Of a stretch of DNA of 64,000 bases, positions 38,398-64,000 are shown in pieces. A program made the position numbers and the translations under genes. The notes under the pieces are model-generated. The model had not been told where the DNA came from, searched no databases, and worked only from the letters and a program-made list of their open reading frames with translations. The DNA comes from Chrysomallon squamiferum. Its lineage: Eukaryota; Animalia; Mollusca. Within the stretch, counting starts at the first letter, position 1. Each line of letters starts with the position of its first letter. Where the stretch lies: positions 18,414,001 through 18,478,000 of the forward strand of contig CM022667.1 of assembly GCA_012295275.1 (NCBI GenBank). Direction: 5' to 3'.

Positions 38398-39594
38398 ATG
38401 GCGACTTTATCTTCATCTACTTGGAATTCTGTACCTGAGCACATCATTGTTCAGATCATGTCATATCTGTCTCAACACGATAGGTGTATGGCAGGTATGA
38501 CTTGTAAACTCTGGCAATCATGTTTAAAATCACCACATTTATGGGAAAAATTTTCATTTTCATTTCAACTTCCTGTACATGGAAAATTGATCCATTGTTT
38601 GGAAATTCATGGACATCATATGAAATTTGTTTCAATAGATCTGGATCAGTCAGAAGCCTTCAATAGAATAAATTCTTGCTGTGTTTTAAATAAGTTTGCA
38701 ACATTAAAGGAACGAAAACTCATTGGGCTGGCAGTTCGATTCACTGGTGAAAATCCTTTATTTTATGCTGGTTTGGAGTTTGTTGAATCATTACAAAATT
38801 TATTTATTGGACTCAGTGAAACATCTAAAACTAACACAAGTTTAAAGTATATTGATCTCAGTGGACTGACAGTTTCCTATGATGACAGTATTATGGATGT
38901 TTTATCAGAAAACAATCCACAGTTAGAATATTTGAATATTCAGAATAACAGTCTTATCTGCAAAGTTTCTCCAGGCTCAACTGTGCGACTTGTTCAACGA
39001 TGTAAACATCTGAAATACCTGTTTCTCTACCATTGCAGCATATGTGACAGAACTCTGTTTGCTTTAGCAGAACAGGGCAGAGAACCTATTGCACATCTGT
39101 CCATTATATGCAGACGTGAACAGAAATTTGGTCAAGACCTTTCAAGTGAGGCTTGGTCTAAACTTACATCATATTGTCCTAATCTGCGAGTCACTCTGGG
39201 TTTTGATCACACCTGTCCTCTACATAAGGTTACAGACATAATGAAACCAGAAATTCCTGTTGGTGTCCTAAGACTTGAAACATTCACAACCATATTTGAA
39301 GAGGTGAGGTTAGCCACCCAGTATTACAAGAACACTATAACAAAACTGGTTTTACAGACCAGGCCATCAATAGAGCTGTCAGCAGCCATTTTGGAATTGT
39401 GTTTAAAGTCTGCCAGTTTGCAGTCTTTGTTGGTATACTGCATTTTAGATAAAGAAACAGTTGATGCTATTCTGGAAATGAAGCCTGATATGAAAGAAAG
39501 AGGATCATACATTTTAAAATGGCAACCAGAACCAGAACCATGGATTGTTGGATATGAAGATGATTATCTTTCAGAACAGATGCTTAATATTTGA
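38398..39594 (+). CDS. F-box/leucine-rich-repeat protein, FBXL8-like (FBXL3/21/8 group), 398 aa, single coding exon
   Basis: N-terminal F-box (WNSVPEHIIVQIMSYLSQHDRCMAGMTCKLWQ...LW), LRR-like LxxLxL repeats, MKPEIPVGVLRL; upstream acceptor ttttAG at 38352-53 implies a 5'UTR intron. Confidence 0.9.
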   Translation: MATLSSSTWNSVPEHIIVQIMSYLSQHDRCMAGMTCKLWQSCLKSPHLWEKFSFSFQLPVHGKLIHCLEIHGHHMKFVSIDLDQSEAFNRINSCCVLNKFATLKERKLIGLAVRFTGENPLFYAGLEFVESLQNLFIGLSETSKTNTSLKYIDLSGLTVSYDDSIMDVLSENNPQLEYLNIQNNSLICKVSPGSTVRLVQRCKHLKYLFLYHCSICDRTLFALAEQGREPIAHLSIICRREQKFGQDLSSEAWSKLTSYCPNLRVTLGFDHTCPLHKVTDIMKPEIPVGVLRLETFTTIFEEVRLATQYYKNTITKLVLQTRPSIELSAAILELCLKSASLQSLLVYCILDKETVDAILEMKPDMKERGSYILKWQPEPEPWIVGYEDDYLSEQMLNI

Positions 39595-42500
39595 AATCTA
39601 TTATTACCTATGACAAATTTAGTTTTAAAAATCCAACATTATTTCAGTCACTCTCTGCCTAAAGAAAAAAGCCTATAAAAAGATTCATGTGACTATTTTT
39701 TTTGTTATTAAGATTAGAAAATTCCATTCCTGATATTTTCTTATTTTCATAAACATTTGATAAAGAATGGTTGAAAAAGAATAGAACAGTGGTGAGGGTG
39801 TTCCATAAATAAACTAATTTTATAATAAATGAGCATAAGCCCAAACTATGAATATAATAGATATCAACAGGTACTAAAGATTAATAAACCATAAATGGAA
39901 ATCTCCATCAACCAAGCTAGTGAAGTGGTGAAAGTTAATTATGGGTCACCCTGTATGTGTGGGGGTGTGTGTGAATTTTTTTATTTCAATTAAATCTGCA
40001 TGAACACTTTTTCTTAATTATTTTAAACGAGATAAAGTCATGTTGTAAATAAACTGTTTTGTTATCAATTTATTTTTCATGCTACCTGGATCTCTTCCTT
40101 GCCAATAAAATAAAACTAAAATAAGTGTAAATTTTCTGTGTATTTATAAAACTGTTTTGCAAATTTAATCAGTGACATATAATTGTCCAAAGTGTTGCTA
40201 AAGAAATAGCTTTAGTAGCACTGGGCTTTATTTACTGAGGACCAGTAGAGTGTACACTGATTTTTACAGAGGAGGAAAACTTACCTAATAATAAAAATAT
40301 TTTCTTTGTTCAGTTATTGATTCAACCAATACATATGAACAGCAAATAAAAACAAACAACAACAACAATAAATTCAAAGATATATTTTACTAAATATACA
40401 CAAGTGAAACAGATTATAATGTAATTTCCATACTGCTCAGATATGTGTAGTTGTAAGCATACTTGATGGCTATAATTCTTTCCATTTTTTCCATTTTTAA
40501 TATATTTCTCTAATGAAATAGTGTAACATGGAACCTTTCAGTATAAAATGTGATTAAATATTGACAAAATATACACTCTTCTATAATATATATTTATCTA
40601 CTTAAAAATAAAATGTACAACTATTTACAAGAAGAATTCTAATGAGAATTCGAAACTGCATATATGGTGTCCACAAAACTATCACAGGACTTTTAGAGGC
40701 CTCTGACTTAAAATATTTACTTGAAGGGTTTGTTTATAACCTAGACATCTTGAATAATAAGAAATTCTTTAAAATATCATTTGCATAAAACTATATGTCA
40801 GCAATCTAAATATTATCTATAAAAGAAAGCTTAAACTATGTATATATATATATATATATATATATGGTGTATGTGTGTGTGTTTGTCTTTTTACTGTAAT
40901 ACTGTACTACATTTGATTAATTATAATTTCTGTTAATTTTAATAATTTTATTTTTATTGTTTATCAGATTATATATTTTTAAGTAACAGCCTATATTGAA
41001 TTACGTGGTCATAGACATTATTAGTTATTTATGTTAACTATAATTTTACATTTTGATCCTAACAAATTGTGTTACAGGATCTTATGACTAATCTCATTTT
41101 CACTCATAATATTACAAAATTTTGGATGTTATTTTGAAGAGTCAGTGTGAAAAATGAATTGCAGCTATATCACATAATAGGAATGTTGTGAAGCAAAACC
41201 TGAAGACTGTTTTAACTGTATACTTTAATGGTTTGTAAATACACTTCCTAACAGCTAACCTTATTTGTGAAGGAAACTCCTTTATTAATAAAACAAACAT
41301 TACAAGTTAACATTGAAACATTTTATACTGTAGATTTTCTAAATACTCTGAAGTTAACTAATGCAGATCAATTGATATCAATATAAATTTTGAAAGAAGG
41401 CACTTGAACAATGAGCATAATTTTTAATTAAAGTTTTTTAACAAGGTGAATGAAAAATAAAGATATGAAGATTTTTTATTAACACAATAATAATAAACTT
41501 TTTATATAGGTAGAAACAGAGGAAGTCCAATCAGATGTAAATGAGGTTCCTAACTGATATCTTGAACATTAGCACAGAAAATAAGATGTGTATAGAGGAA
41601 AAGAGTATGTCATATTTTAGTGTACCCAACTGCAGTAGTGCCTTCATTATATAAAATTGCTTGTATTCCCTTTTATCATTCTTACACCAAAATATTAATA
41701 TTTAGTAAAACATTTGTTTTGTGTTATTCCATTCATTTTTCTAATGTACAAAGGCATATACTGATGTATTTTAACTTTCGGATTTAACTGCTACTATCAT
41801 AATAAATATAATGCACATCAATTCAAACCCAAAAATTTTCATCCTGGGGATTGCAAATTTATGAAGTTTTAAGAACAACATACTAATTCTTAAGAATAAA
41901 ATCAGCATAATGTTAAAAATAAGTACTAATGTTTGGAAAACATCTTATAATCTTAAAAACATATTCATTCCAAATGGCAAATATTTAAAAAATACAAAAC
42001 AAAAAAAGCCTCCAATATAATATTTGCTTGTAGAACTTTCAAAACTGATGAAATAAAATGTTTAAATTAGTAAAAAAAAGAATAACAAAAAAATTGATAT
42101 TAATAATTGACCCTGTATTTTGAATTACTTCACAATATATTCTTGAGATCAATTAGTAATGATAAACAATTTATTGCAAACAAATAAAAACAAAAATATA
42201 ATGTGTTAAATTATTAAATGAATTCATTTAACAATAAGCAAATGATGGAGGTCAGAAAATTAGGTCACATCAGTTACAATTATTTTCATAATATTACACA
42301 TTACGATTTTATTTCTAAAATATTTCTAACAACTTACACTTATGAATTACAATAAACAGTACAAATACCTGTACATATTAATAAGTTGAAAAAGCACCTT
42401 TAACATTGGTCTTTTTTCACAATTATATATTTAAAACTGGCTTATGATTTCTAAGTCTTTGCCAAGCTGATCCAATAAAAGCAATTTATTTTTAAAAAAT

Positions 42501-44941
42501 CAAAAGCCTTCCACATAATAAAAACTGAGTTCAGTATTCCTCAAACAGCATTAATCTTTATTTTTACAAAAAATTTTAGAAGACAAAATTTCAAAATTTT
42601 ATGCTTTATTAAAAGAAATAAGCTTTAATACTTTCTAAATATAACAAACCCCTCCTCCCCAAAAACAAACAAAATGAAACAAATAAAAACAAAATTAAAA
42701 ATTAAATTTACATTACAAAATCATGTTATTAAATAGGTATATGTAATTATAAGAATGTATCAAAAATAAAAAAATTTCCATGCATCATATTACACATTAA
42801 TTTTTATTTTGGCAAAAGAATTATTTAGAAAGAAGAAAATTAGCTGTGATGAAAATGGATAACATTTCAAGGAAAGAAGCTTTTTGTTTAGGATTTTAGT
42901 CCAGAATGATTCAATTTCTTCTTTAATGTTATTCTCTGAATGAAGAAAAATGTTATTTACATCATTTTAAATGTAATTGGTCCCCTAAAATACAAGAATT
43001 ATAAATGTGCTGGGACATAAATAAAAAAAAAAAAAAAAATTATAACATCAAAAAAAAAAAAAAATATCAGGTTTACATTTTAGTTCAGCAACAGAAAAAA
43101 TCATTTTAAAAACCATTTATTTCTGAATTGTAGTTAATTTTCAAAGTACAATTTTTAGATTATGATACTGTTCAGTTAAAAGTAATCTTAATAAATAAAA
43201 TAAAGTGAAAAATGCAGCAGAACATTTACTAGCAACAAAACATATTTTATTTAAAATAATATATTTAGATATCTTTGATAACCACCAATATATATATATA
43301 CAGACACACACATACATTCATTTAAAATAAAAGCATAAAATATTATTTACACAATTAAAAAAATTATTTAAAGCAGAATTTATATCACTATTTCTTACTA
43401 CTTTGTAATTTAACATGCAGAGATGATATTATGTATATTTGAAAATTGCATTAAATAAGTGACGAACATTTTGAGCTTTTACAATATTAACAAGCCATAA
43501 CATTTTACATATGTAAGTAATTATATGTTTAATGTCATAACTGCAAACATAATCTATTACTGATAGAGATTTAAAAAAAAAAAATGTTTTCTGTAATGAT
43601 GTAATTATCAATGGTCTGCTACTTGTTTCAAGATCATTAAAGGCTTGCTCAGTAAGAAAATAAAATCTTTATAATCTTCATAAATTATTCATATTTAACT
43701 CCTCATAAATATATTTCATAGATATATAAATAATAAACAAAATTTTATTTCAAGTATTACGATGTACAAGAACATGTATTTCAAAAAATGCTAGATTACT
43801 AATAGCATTGTATAGTATATATGCTTTAGCTACATCTTATCAGGTACATGTATGAATTATAATCTACTTTATGAATATTTATATAATTATTATTGATTAA
43901 ATTAAAGAATGTGAATAATATGAAAAATTAAAAAACTGATAATACTTATTTTAAAAAAGAAGAAGAAATAAAACAGAATGTTAAAATGTTAGTGGGATGC
44001 TTGGAAATGGAATATAAACACCAATGTATTTTTCCATCAACATGGAGCATTCTGTAGTGTTTGTTTAACTTAAATGAAATGAATATATGCTTATTTACTT
44101 GTTAAATACTTGTTAAATCATAAACACTCAGACTTTAAGAATGAAATTATAAAAAAGTATTATTTATTATGAAACTGAATCCATTTAACCAAGCAATGTT
44201 ATTATTTTATTCAAAATAACATTTTTAAAAATTCTGAAACAATTTAAAAAAATAAAGCAATGTTACTTTTATTTCAAAAAACAATAATTTCTTGAAAAAT
44301 AACTTAGTTTCAATTCCTTTTATTTCAGTATATAATAAATATAAATCCCAGTCTTAATAATTTGACACCATGGTTGGTCATTGAAATCAAAATGCATATG
44401 AAAACAGATATTACATGTGTATAAGTAAAAACGGTTTTCATTATATTGCATGAGATGGACACACCTAGTTTGTCAATACTATGTTTATAAAAGAAAATGT
44501 CTAACAAAACAGCATATGGAGTGCCAGAGAGCTCTCTGAAAAAAAAACCATACTTGATATTGAAGCCACAAGAAGTAAAATAAATCTGTCTGAATGGTCT
44601 ACAAAAAAGTAAATCAGTTGTTCATAGTGCTAATCTGAAGAGAATACATTAAGTACAAAGGTAAGAATGAACAAGAAATTTGTGCATTGACGTGCAATTT
44701 CTGTTAGTGTCATGTGCAGCTCCATTGTATAATCAAATGTGACGTAACAGTGTTAGAATTATTCCAGCCATTCAGCATCTATTACAACTGCCCTTCATAT
44801 ATTAAAATCAGACAATATAGTGTAGCTAAATTCAAAGTAGCCAATTATAAGTATACAGTAATTGTTTCAGTAAGTAGATAGTACTGATTGTTCAGAAAAC
44901 AATCAGTCGTGTTCAAATACTCACAAAAGAAAAACATCTCA

Positions 44942-56703
<11,762 letters not shown>

Positions 56704-57779
56704 CTTGTTTAAGGTGTGTTTATTTTAATGTTAATTGATATTCATTAATCTGTCAACAGATTTATGTTTTGTAAACTGGCCAGCAGATATGAATAGTTGT
56801 CTGTCAACTAAATTCCATTCTTAGAAATAAATCAACGGTTGTAATGGAAACAGAACTGATGAACACACTGTTCAGATCATGGTTCAGTTGTATGTGGTGA
56901 TGACCAATGGCAATTTTGCCACATCCCAAATCTGAAATATAATTTAAAAAAACAATTTTATAAAATATTAATCATTTCCTCTTTAAATTGCCCACTAGGA
57001 AGTTAATTAAAACAATAAAACTTTTATGCTTTTTAACAAGAGAATTTAAAGATGGAACAATTAACAAAAAATAAAAATTATTTCCACTGTGTCATGGATA
57101 TATTACATTTTCATTAGATTACAAGTTTTGTAAACAATAAATATATTGACAATATACTTACAAAGGTACAAAAATAGATATTTTTATAAAATATATAAAC
57201 AAAAAGTTTTAAGATTTCAAGAAAATGAAACTGAACCAAATTTTCTGGTTAAAACTTAATAATGATTTATTATTTTTGAAATACGTGATACCTGTATGGA
57301 CACCCAAGAGGACCAACATTACAGGTGTCCCCTCATCTGCAGAACCAAAATTACAGGCAATTTCTTTTAACATATTTACAAATTTTATTCATTCTTCCAC
57401 AACAAACATAAATATGTTACAAGGTCATGCAAGAAGGTGAAAACAAAGGTCAACATATGATGAACATAAAATAAAATCCAATTATAACAATCAGGTCATG
57501 CAGCAGGTGTTTTTTTTTTTTAAATTACAGCATAATCCTAAATAGAAAATACATCGAGGAGGCACATTCTATATATAGATACAAAAATTCATGTTCAAGG
57601 TCATAATTTGAATACAAATAAGCAAACTGAAGTAATTACCAATAGTGAACTGCAGGCAACCTATTTAATTTTGTCCTGATACAACTGCAGGGAGATACAC
57701 AAACAACATGCTGAATAAGATTAAATTTAGACAAAAATAATAAAATATAAGGTTAGATTCTTTAAACGGACATATCCAA

Positions 57780-58500
57780 CACATTTATCATGGAAGAGGC
57801 CATGTTGAACACTTAGCAAGTTAAATCAGTGGTACACAATAATCTTTGTTCTTTGTCCTGCAGTAGCAATACATCATCACAATCTTCATTTTTATCTGCT
57901 AATCATCCTGCAGGTACAAAGGTTATTGGAATCAGAGGAATGCTTTTGTCTTTAAGCAGAGAGCACCTTTTGCCAGACTGCTAATGCTAAGAGTAGGAGG
58001 CAGTGGAAGCTACAACATCAATCACTGAGAACGGAGCTGACGTGTGGCAGTGTGATGATAATACAATCAAATGAGACCTCATTTAATAATACACCTTTTC
58101 AATTCCTTATCTTCTGCTCAAGATCTTGAACTGCAAACAATACAGTAATGGGTGAGCCAGACTTTTTCATAAAGAAGTTTCCTTCCTTTAGTGCCTTATC
58201 TGGTCATGTTATCACATCATTTTTCAAAGTGGTTAATTTAGGCAAGGTGGACAGGCATCAGGAAAACATAGCAGAACAGGTCATAAGCATACAAGCACTA
58301 GATCAGATCATCCAGTTTCCTTGACAATGAACTAATGATGTGCAGTTAGGGACTCAACTTGTTTCACTTGTCAAGAATTGGGCCAGCTTGCCATCAGGAT
58401 TCATGTAGGCTCTATCTGGTAAGCATACTGAGATGCAAAGTCATCATAGATGTCTGCAACATTATCACTTCTCATGTATCTGTCATAGGTGGCCGCTCTT
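57780..58500 (-). mobile_element. Highly decayed transposase remnant, probably Academ-like
   Basis: Minus-strand fragments QGNW (58323-58312), AYDLFCYVFLMPVHLA*INHFEK and ALKEGNFFMKKSGSPITVLFAVQDLEQKI match the recalled pattern GNW...AYD..NY.R..PV.LA.M..L...GNF.V.KS..PF......Q.LEQ; boundaries approximate. Confidence 0.55.
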
Positions 58501-58976
58501 CTCAGTAGCTGTTATATAACTACATTCTAAAACTCATTTATTAAATTCATTTGGTAACGTTGCATATCAATTATTCATCTGAAATGAAAGAAAATTTTAA
58601 AAAAATATTTCTAAAAGAACTGGCAACCTTTAAATATATTAAACTGTATGTGTGCAATAAATGTTTGGTCTTTTCTCATTACTACTTTTTGTCTGTATTA
58701 CTAGTATGTATCAATATCTATTTGATTTTGAATATGTTTACAATCAAAAGCAGCTGAATATTTGTTTTATTTTGATGTTGGAAACATAGCAACAGCTACT
58801 GACACCAAAGAAAAATGAACAAAACAAGTGTTACCATTCATTACTAAATTTTTTAAATTATAGAAGAAATATCATTTTTGAAATGTATACGGAAGACATG
58901 TATAACTTGACATTTTTCTATGGTTATATAAAGGGCATGAACTGTTCCAACTATTCCTCCATGGCCATTTCCGTGT

Positions 58977-59013
<37 letters not shown>

Positions 59014-59952
59014 GAAGAAGAAGAAAATTTCAGCCAATATTTGCACAATATTAACACATCTGATTCATCACACATATACAGACTATTTTATTATCATATT
59101 ATAATTTTGTCACATTTACCATTTGAATCCTGACATAATAATGACAAACAACTTAGGCCTGATTCCAAAGTGCAAATGTACACTATTTTACACAATTTTG
59201 TAAAACTATAATTAGTTTTTACAAAAATGAAAGGAATTCCATATATCACTACATGTTTTTTTTTAGTGGTCAGACATGATATTGCTGTAACATGTTTGGC
59301 TGCTATAGAGACTAATCAGGTTCACAAGATTTAATTCCTGTAGTTTAAAACTAAATGGCTGATAGGTATTTTTACTTTAGTAATCCAATATGCAGATACT
59401 AAATATTACAATTTACAAAACTTCTATTTGTAATTTAAACAGTTTTTTTTAAATTAGATTTCTAAATCATAAATGAAAAATATGGCATTCAGTATATTAA
59501 CTGAACAATTTTTTTAAAAACATTTATTATTTGTATCCTAGGGATTATATTAAACATTCATTCAATCATTCATTCATTCAAAGCATTACATAAGTATAAT
59601 GCTAGGCTAGACTACAGTCATGTAAACCTCTCCAGCCATTATCTTAAAATCTGAATTATATAATAAAGTCTACAAAAATGTATTTAATTTTTCCTTGCAT
59701 AAAATTCTTAAATGACTTGCACTGATGTCTTAGAAAATGAACTGAACCTGCTAAGCAGATCAACTACACAATATGGTAATTACCAACTTCAACAGTACAT
59801 TTTTTTTTAAATAAGTAAATACCACAGCCAGTGAGTGAGAAATAAGAACTTTTCTAATGGGTAGTCACTAATGCATATAGGTATAGTGTTATTTGACCAA
59901 CTGTCCAGAATTAAAATTTAGAAAGCAAAATAAAGGAGTCTTTATTCATATA

Positions 59953-60559
59953 GAGTGGTACCTTGACTCACAAGTTTAATCTATTCCATGACCAAGCTCA
60001 TATCTCAATTTGCTTATAAATCAAATCAATTTTCCCAACTGAAATTAATTGAAATACCATTAATCCATTCCAGCCCCTGAAAAACCACACCTTTTTTTTT
60101 TTGTAACTTCTTTTTAAATAAGAAAAATGTATTTATAAATGACAAAATAAAAGAGAATAAAAAGCAATAAATTTGATTTTGTGTAGTGTATTTATCTTGG
60201 AAATCAGACAAATTATTTTAATGCCTTTGGCCAGAGTTACAGCCTTTATCAACTCCTTCATCTTCAGTATGGTACATATCGTAGAAGTACTATGCTCATA
60301 CTGCCTAGCCAAGTCAACTACGTGCACACCTTGCTAATTTTTTTCTATGAATTCAAGCTTTAATTCAATGGACACCATCCACTTCTTCTCAGCACTGTCC
60401 TTTGCACTCACTTTCAATTATAACTTTCACAAAGATCCAAGACCTGAAAAAAGAAAATTGGCAAAATACTGCACAACACAACAGAGATTTTGGGTGAACA
60501 AGTGGGGAACACTTAATTTTGCTGTGAAAAATGGAATTCTGAAACTGAACACATTTGAC
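59953..60559 (-). mobile_element. Second, one-end-truncated copy of the Tigger/pogo derivative
   Basis: Colinear with 33415-34010; minus fragment VHVVDLARQYEHSTSTICTILKMKELIKAV is a Tigger psq-type HTH. Confidence 0.85.
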
Positions 60560-61379
60560 TCCAAATGTTCATTCAGTTTTATTGTTATCTCCTAACCAAC
60601 AAACAAGCACGTCCTTAATGTCACTTTTTGTTCTTTCTATAGATGCTTGGCTCTGTGGACGCCTGAATGTTCTTTGATCAATCATCAATTGTGGCACATT
60701 AATTTCAGGAATTATACATATTTCCTGTAACATACATACATACATACATACATACATGCATGCATTTTTAGCTGTTAATAAATCTATCATTGTTGAAAAG
60801 ACACAAAAAGGTTTTGCATTTTGTTGTGTTTTTTTAATTGTAATCACATTTTCAGTATTTATGAGCAGAGAAAATTTAAAATGTAATGAATCCTGAAATT
60901 AATATATATATATATATATTTTTATGCTTTTTAAACATATGTAAAATGTATATTTATTTCGTATTAAAATTAACTAAAACATAGAATGTAAGCATTGTAA
61001 TTTGAACTCATTATATTCTTAATAACAGATTAATTTACATGAAATTCTTACTAGACAATTAGTCCTTGGGTCAGTGAGTGGCGTAGATATGTCAATCCGT
61101 TTGTTTTCACAGTTTTCTGTGTATGTATGTGTGTGTTTTCTTCATGAAAAAATATAAATAATTCAGTGCGATAACAATCGGTGAGCATTAAACACTACTT
61201 CGACTGTCAACAAAAGGCCATTAATTATGACAAACAAAACATTTCACTAAGTTTATAATCATAAATGTCTAATCGATTGATGGATAATTTATATTCCAGG
61301 AAATTCAGTGTGAATAATTGAATTCAATTATATTTTTAATGCAGGAAACTAAAAGTCGAATAAAGAGGAAGCACCCTAA

Positions 61380-61700
61380 AATCTATGTTCCATATACTGA
61401 TATAGTAATACATTGGACGAAGGAGCAGACAACTCCCGACACCACGATCAGAACGTAATGACACTTGTTAATGCATTATTCAGTGCTACTAGCGATAGTT
61501 CAGTGATCGCCGGAGACCATGGATAATATCCTCGACAAACGGACTAACTTAAATAAAACATACAAACCTTATTTTGCTTCCATCATTACACAAAAGAGGC
61601 CAACTTCCTAAATATAACTTCGGGCGACATCTTGCCTGCAGATGGCGCTTTACAAATATAGGTCATGTGACAGGTGTCACTATGCTCAGGTGTGTTAATA
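61380..61700 (-). promoter_or_regulatory. CpG-enriched segment, candidate PPP1R16 promoter / first non-coding exon
   Basis: Local rise in CpG density ~4.5 kb upstream of the first coding exon; minus-strand AAG|GTTTGT donor near 61567; CTCF-like CCTGCAGATGGCGC at 61635-61648. Confidence 0.35.
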
Positions 61701-61726
61701 TTGTGGAAATATTGGTTTCAATTTTA

Positions 61727-61769
<43 letters not shown>

Positions 61770-62035
61770 CGATAAATTAAATTATTTTTGTACCTTTATA
61801 TATATTTTTTTATTAAGTATAACAAACATATGCACACAGGTCTCTATATATAAACAATATCTATTGTCTTATGGGAAAAGAATAGCCTGTCATGTGAATA
61901 GAGGAATTGCCTGTGAAATTCGTAGACGTCATGTACTGATAGCTTAAATGAAATTTACCCTTGACTTATAATTCGTAATTATAATTTTTGTTTTCTACAT
62001 TTCTGTGTTGTATTTTGTTTTTCTTTTTCTGCCAT

Positions 62036-62084
<49 letters not shown>

Positions 62085-63801
62085 ATTTATTTTTTTTTTT
62101 TTTTTTCAAATGTAAGTATGTATGGATAGATGGATGTGTGTGCATGTGAAACAATTTAACATGTTGTTAGATCAGACCACTTTGAAGAACTGAAATGTCA
62201 ATGTTAAATAATAATAATAATAATAAATTTATTAACTATCAACAATCATCGTCCAAATATTAATTTATTTAAAGCCAGACAACATTCGGTAATAAATAAC
62301 TGCTTATTTTCCAGAAAATTGTAATGATGTTATGAATGAACAAAAACAAACTGTATATAGGTTTTGATGATTTTTTTCTTTCTTACTTGCTTGCTTTCTT
62401 TATTTTAAACGAATTATTTTAAGTAAGTTGCTAATTATTTTATTTCAAGTAATTTTTTTAAAAAACATTTCAAGAATTTCAAGTTAATTTTTTCGTTTAA
62501 ACTAGACACAATTCATTAGTAACAAGGTCTTGTTATAAAAGTTGTGTACCAAACAGCGATACAAGCAGGGTCGGTGGCCCTCTATATCTTAGGCCGCCAG
62601 TGTCAGAGGCCCTTACAGTAATGCAAATGAGACCCAATAAATTTAATATACAGTTTAATGTAGATATTAGTTTATGATAAAACAACTTAAGCACACACAG
62701 ACAGATACATACACACGCTCAAAAACACATCAAACTCAACAAATACATAAATAATATAATAAAAATAGCCTGTTTATAATTGTGTTACGCAAATATTTTC
62801 ACAGGGGTTATTAATTGTTCGCCAGCTCTGCTATATTTATAAAATGTGTATGAAAGAGAAACCAGTTTGACAAGTAATTTAACGAATGTAATTCTGCGTG
62901 TTACGAAAATAACTTGTTTTACAGGTGTGTCTATCTCTTGATAGCAAGAGCGTACACGATAGTTTAAACAACTTCAAATTATTATATTATTAAACGACCT
63001 AACGTTCGATTTTACATATTCAGAGTTGGTTTACCAGGAACAACAATTTACATTAAATGGCTTTCTTGTTTATAACTTATAAATGGGCTGTATGTTATAT
63101 TTATAGCTATTTCAAAGTAAATGTTAATGTGTGTGTATGCGCGCGCATGAGTTTCAGGAACAATTTTCTTTATTTAACAATATAGGTTATATGCTTTTAT
63201 TTTTCAACCCGATAGATGTCTTCCCCGAAAACGAATTAAACATTATATAATATGCAGCTTCTGCCAGGAATTTTAAATTATCTTTCGTTAACAGACGAAA
63301 TATTCACAAATATGTAATTTATAATGCATGCATATACAGAAACCGTATTTTATTTTGGGTAGCCTTTTTTTCTCTTTTTGTTTTTTTTCAGTTTAGAAAA
63401 AGTGATATCGTATTGCATGGTGAAAAGTGTGACCTTTAAAATTAACTGAACCTAAACGTAATCTGCTTCATAAGCCACGTCCCTGAGTTCTCACGGTTTT
63501 AAACAATGAATAGCGGACGCTGTTTATCTTAATCATACAGCTCCAGTCGTCAGAGGTCTCTCGCATCAGTTTATTACTATGAAGAGAAGACAATCTTTAT
63601 GTGATGTTCTTTATTTATAATTATTTAAAATACAAAAAAAAAAAAAAAAAAAAAAAATTTTTTGTATATATATGTATGGATATACTATAGATTTAAATGT
63701 TTAAATCAATGCTGAAGAAACTCATGTTACCTACGGCAGGCAGAAGCTAGCCATTTACTCAAGTTTACCCTGTTACGAGATAAGTGATATCACTTGATTT
63801 G

Positions 63802-63844
<43 letters not shown>

Positions 63845-64000
63845 TTATATTTTGACAGCAAGAGAAGTAACAACTGCTATAATAATAATAATAACAACAA
63901 AAGCCATAGTAATAATCAACAAAGAAATTTTCTCTTTAATGCAGATTATTAATTTTTTTTATTTACTGATTTATTCATTCATATATATATATATATATAT

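Noticed and set aside
39600-44940. 5.3-kb AT-rich gap between the convergent F-box and PPP1R16 genes
   Set aside because: Only short compositional ORFs; consistent with 3'UTRs and intergenic DNA; poly(A) sites cannot be assigned among the many AATAAA hexamers
62566-62615. GC-rich CAGGGTCGG...GGCCCT stretch resembling a hAT MITE end
   Set aside because: No matching opposite terminus or TSD identified

Overview
AT-rich, intron- and microsatellite-rich animal genomic DNA, most likely a mollusc or other lophotrochozoan (inferred from gene style and repeats; not determinable from sequence alone). Four protein-coding genes are supported. (1) RELCH/KIAA1468 on the minus strand: 24 coding exons traced by hand from ATG 36990 to 20018; the remaining C-terminal exons were not found and probably lie left of the window. 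(2) A divergent class A GPCR (FMRFamide-receptor/srw-like) on the plus strand at ~16.9-18.1 kb, apparently nested antisense in a >20 kb RELCH intron and lacking the DRY, CWxP and NPxxY switches. (3) An F-box/LRR gene (FBXL8-like) with a single coding exon, head-to-head with RELCH. (4) A PPP1R16/MYPT3-TIMAP-type PP1 regulatory subunit on the minus strand: 10 core coding exons ending in CCVLM, plus three candidate frame-preserving cassette exons. Introns carry a Sola2-like long-TIR DNA transposon (4-bp TATT TSD), two copies of a Tigger/pogo deletion derivative, and hAT and Academ-like transposase remnants; three minisatellites lie in the first 8 kb. I see no clearly new multi-gene system. The most interesting items are the atypical nested GPCR, the cassette-exon cluster and the internal structure of the Sola2-like element. 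All family assignments come from recalled motifs, not database searches.
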